Assembly: GCA_965248925.1 (NCBI GenBank)
Contig: CBDFLE010000004.1
Location: forward strand, 64,001 to 128,000
Source of the DNA: Candidatus Multivoradales bacterium
GTDB taxonomy: Bacteria; Acidobacteriota; Thermoanaerobaculia; Multivoradales; J023
Reading direction: 5' to 3'
DNA: 64,000 nt
Shown here: piece after piece, positions 61,276-64,000 of the stretch
Numbering within the stretch: position 1 is the stretch's first letter
Layout: each line of letters begins with the position of its first letter
Made by a program: the position numbers and the translations under genes
The notes under the pieces: generated by a model
Database searches by the model: none
Told to the model about the DNA's origin: nothing
The model's input: the letters and a program-made list of their open reading frames with translations, nothing else

Positions 61276-62187
61276 ATGCGCTACGTGGTCGGCATCGATG
61301 CCGGTGGCAGCAAAGCCATGGCGCAGCTCGCTGATGCTGAGGGCAAGATCCTGCGGCAGGCTCGGGTGCCGGGGGTCAACTTGCATTTGGCTGGCGCCGA
61401 GCGGGTAGAGCAGATGCTCAGTCAAGTGTTGGCGGAGCTGGCGCCGCCAACACTTGCTGCCCTCTGCCTGGGAAGTGCTGGGATCGGTCGGCCTCGAGAT
61501 CGGCGGCAGCTGGAGGAAATTCTTCGCCGACTGCCGTTAGTGAGCTGCCCGATCCGGGTCGAGAGTGATGCTCTGGCGGCCTTGTGGGCTGGCGCCGCCG
61601 ATGGCATTGGCATCGTCGTCGTCGCCGGCACCGGCTCGATCGCCTACGGTGTCGATGGCGGCAGTCAGACGGCGCGCGCCGGCGGTTGGGGTTACCTGCT
61701 CGGTGACGAAGGCTCGGCCTATTGGCTGGGCCACGCGGCGTTGCGGCGGGGGATTCGGGCAGCGGATGGTCGGGGTCCTGCTTCCAGCTTTGGCGAGCGG
61801 GTTGCGCGGCGTCTGGGCCTGGAGGTTCCTTCCGGCCTGGTGTCTTGGTTTTATGACCAGGAGCAGCCCCGTCAGCGCGTCGCCGAGTTGGCGCCGCTGG
61901 TGGAAGAGGCGGCGATCGAGGGCGACGAGTCGGCGGTCGAGCTGCTCGACGAGGCGGCCTTGCATCTGGCGCGGGCGGCGCGTTCGGTAGCCGGCCAACT
62001 GGCTTTCAGCGCCCCATTCCCGCTGATCCTGGCAGGCGGCGCCTTCCGCGCTTGCCCCAGCTTGCACTCGAGGCTGCGCCAGGTGGTGGACCTACCGCTC
62101 GCCCGAGTCGAGCTATTGTCGGACGAGCCCGCCCTTGGCGCCGTGCGCCTGGCGCTTACTTTGTTGCCAATGGACCCGGTTACCTAG
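61276..62187 (+). CDS. BadF/BadG-family N-acetylhexosamine kinase
   Basis: GIDAGGSK, AGTGS, GGWGYLLGDEGS. Confidence 0.9.
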   Translation: MRYVVGIDAGGSKAMAQLADAEGKILRQARVPGVNLHLAGAERVEQMLSQVLAELAPPTLAALCLGSAGIGRPRDRRQLEEILRRLPLVSCPIRVESDALAALWAGAADGIGIVVVAGTGSIAYGVDGGSQTARAGGWGYLLGDEGSAYWLGHAALRRGIRAADGRGPASSFGERVARRLGLEVPSGLVSWFYDQEQPRQRVAELAPLVEEAAIEGDESAVELLDEAALHLARAARSVAGQLAFSAPFPLILAGGAFRACPSLHSRLRQVVDLPLARVELLSDEPALGAVRLALTLLPMDPVT

Positions 62188-62202
62188 CGGAGATGCCGAA
62201 TC

Positions 62203-62979
62203 ATGAGCGAGCAAGCCGCGGCCGACAAGCTGCTGATCGTCAACGCCGATGACTTGGGCCGCACCGAGGGCATCAACGAAGGCATCTTCGCCGCCCACGA
62301 GCGTGGCATTGTGTCGAGCGCGACGGTGATGGTGGCCTATCCGGCGGCAACTACCGCCCTGGCCCGCTGGGCGGACTATCCGCGGCTCGGCCTCGGCCTG
62401 CATGTGGCGCTCAGCGGCGGTCCGCCCCTGCTACCGCCGGAGCGCTTGCCGAGCTTGGTGGATAGTGCTGGCTTGCTGCCGCGGCGGCCCGAGTTGATCG
62501 GCGATGCAGATCCGTCCGAGGTGCGGGCCGAGGTCGCAGCGCAATACCAACGTTTCTGTGCTCTTGCCGGCCGCCGGCCGACTCACCTCGACGGCCACCA
62601 CCACTGCCACCGCCTGCCGCTGGTCGCCGCGCCGGTGATCGACATCGCCTGTCGCGAGGGCCTGCCGGTGCGCAATGCCGGCGGCTCCCTGGGCAGTCTC
62701 TTGCGCCAGGCGGCGGTGCCGTCGAGCGATGTCTTTGATGACAGCTACTATGGTGAGCAGGTAGAACTCAGTGATTTGCTGGCGATTCTAGATCGTCTAG
62801 AATCTGGGGTCACCGAGCTGATGTGTCATCCGGCCCAGGTCGACGAAGAACTGCGTCGGGGTAGTACTTATGTCGAGGAGCGAGAGGTCGAACTCGCCAC
62901 GTTGACCCATCCCGAAGCGCGGCGCGCTTTGCAGCGGGTGGGTGCCCGGTTGATCAACTTCACGGAGTTGGCTAGATGA
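62203..62979 (+). CDS. ChbG/YdjC-family carbohydrate deacetylase
   Basis: IVNADDLG, GLH, HLDGHHH, ELMCHP. Confidence 0.92.
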   Translation: MSEQAAADKLLIVNADDLGRTEGINEGIFAAHERGIVSSATVMVAYPAATTALARWADYPRLGLGLHVALSGGPPLLPPERLPSLVDSAGLLPRRPELIGDADPSEVRAEVAAQYQRFCALAGRRPTHLDGHHHCHRLPLVAAPVIDIACREGLPVRNAGGSLGSLLRQAAVPSSDVFDDSYYGEQVELSDLLAILDRLESGVTELMCHPAQVDEELRRGSTYVEEREVELATLTHPEARRALQRVGARLINFTELAR

Positions 62980-64000
62980 ATCTCGGCAGCCTCGATCTAG
63001 TAGTGCTAGTGGTCTATGTCTTGGCGATTGTCGGCTTGGGCTCGTGGCTCGGGCGCAAGGTGAGCAGCGCGTCAGACTACATGCTCGGCGGGCGCAATTT
63101 CCCCTGGTGGTTGATCCTCTTCTCGATTGTCGCCACCGAGACCAGCACCATCACTTTCCTCAGCATTCCGGGCTTCGCTTTTGAGCACAACTTGACCTGG
63201 TTGCAGATTCCAATCGGCTTTGCGATCGGCCGGCTGGCGGTTTCCTGGCTGCTTCTGCCACGTTTTTTCGAGGGTCGCATCTTCACCGTCTACCAGCTTC
63301 TCGAACGACGCTTCGGTGGCGCTGCCGAGCAGACCGCTTCGGCGATTTTCATTCTCACTCGCAGTCTGGCGGATGGCTTGCGCTTGTTTCTCACCGCTAT
63401 CGTGCTGCAAGAAATGACTGGCGTGGCCATGCATTGGGCGGTGGCGGCGATCGGCTTGGCAACCATCGTCTACACCTTCCTCGGCGGCATGCGGGCGGTG
63501 CTGTGGACCGATCTGGTGCAGTTCGTGCTTTACACCTTGGGTGGTGTCGTGGCGCTGGGCTTGATTATCCGGCGGCTGCCCGGAGGCTGGGGAGAGGTGA
63601 TCGATGTCGGTGCCGCCGCTGGCAAGTTGCGTTGGCTCGATCTGACGTTCGACCTGTCAGAGCCCTATGCTCTGTGGGCCGGGCTGTTCGGCGGCATCTT
63701 CATCAGCCTGGGATCGCACGGCGTCGACCAGCTGATGGTGCAGCGTTGCTTGGCGGCGCGTAATCTCAGCGATGCTCGGCGGGCGGTTTCGGTGAGCGGT
63801 TTGGTGGCGTTTGCCCAGTTTGCTCTTTTCTTGATGCTCGGCGTGGCGCTTTTTGCCTTCTATCAGTCTTTCCCGCCGGAGGTCGCTTTCGAGCGCGCCG
63901 ACCGGGTGTTCGCCCGCTTTATTATCGACGAAATGCCGGTCGGCCTGTTGGGCTTGCTGCTCGGCGCGGTGTTGGCGGCGGCGATGTCGACCCTATCCAG
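62976..64000 (+). CDS. Sodium:solute symporter (partial, runs off the window)
   Basis: ATGA overlap with the upstream gene; DYMLGGRNFPWW…SIVATETSTITFLSIPG, HGVDQLMVQR. Confidence 0.9.
   Translation, partial: MNLGSLDLVVLVVYVLAIVGLGSWLGRKVSSASDYMLGGRNFPWWLILFSIVATETSTITFLSIPGFAFEHNLTWLQIPIGFAIGRLAVSWLLLPRFFEGRIFTVYQLLERRFGGAAEQTASAIFILTRSLADGLRLFLTAIVLQEMTGVAMHWAVAAIGLATIVYTFLGGMRAVLWTDLVQFVLYTLGGVVALGLIIRRLPGGWGEVIDVGAAAGKLRWLDLTFDLSEPYALWAGLFGGIFISLGSHGVDQLMVQRCLAARNLSDARRAVSVSGLVAFAQFALFLMLGVALFAFYQSFPPEVAFERADRVFARFIIDEMPVGLLGLLLGAVLAAAMSTLS

Overview
GC-rich bacterial chromosome, most likely Acidobacteriota (ADOP-type orphan permease, Oar-like TonB receptor, sulfatase-TPR lipoprotein, FADGFE-tailed secreted proteins). 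Most of the window is housekeeping: Nudix, trmH, thiS, tRNA-Lys, tRNA-Leu, tig-clpP-clpX-lon-yihA-rho, DprE1/E2-like and ArnT/GT2/epimerase genes, an ilvE-leuA-leuC-leuD-leuB operon with a leucine attenuator, SWIM+SNF2, and an amino-sugar uptake cluster. The standout is a ~15.6 kb Rhs polymorphic toxin locus (3413-19002, minus strand): one full-length signal-peptide Rhs and three different toxin/immunity pairs. Inside the Rhs core sits a 7.6 kb capsid-less element (XRE HTH, two SymE genes, CHC2-Toprim-NTPase primase with an 11-bp-phased repeat array, Xer-type recombinase, two 9-8-9 palindromes, signal-peptide leader) bounded by an exact 32-bp direct repeat. The layout is what single-crossover integration of a toxin-tip-carrying circle would produce, swapping the Rhs toxin. 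A ~25-bp motif follows every immunity gene. Also found: an unannotated UxxC selenoprotein with a SECIS-like hairpin, a class C group II intron remnant, a protease frameshifted at its catalytic Ser, and a Rho with a G/N/Q low-complexity N-terminus. All family assignments are from motif recognition, not database searches.
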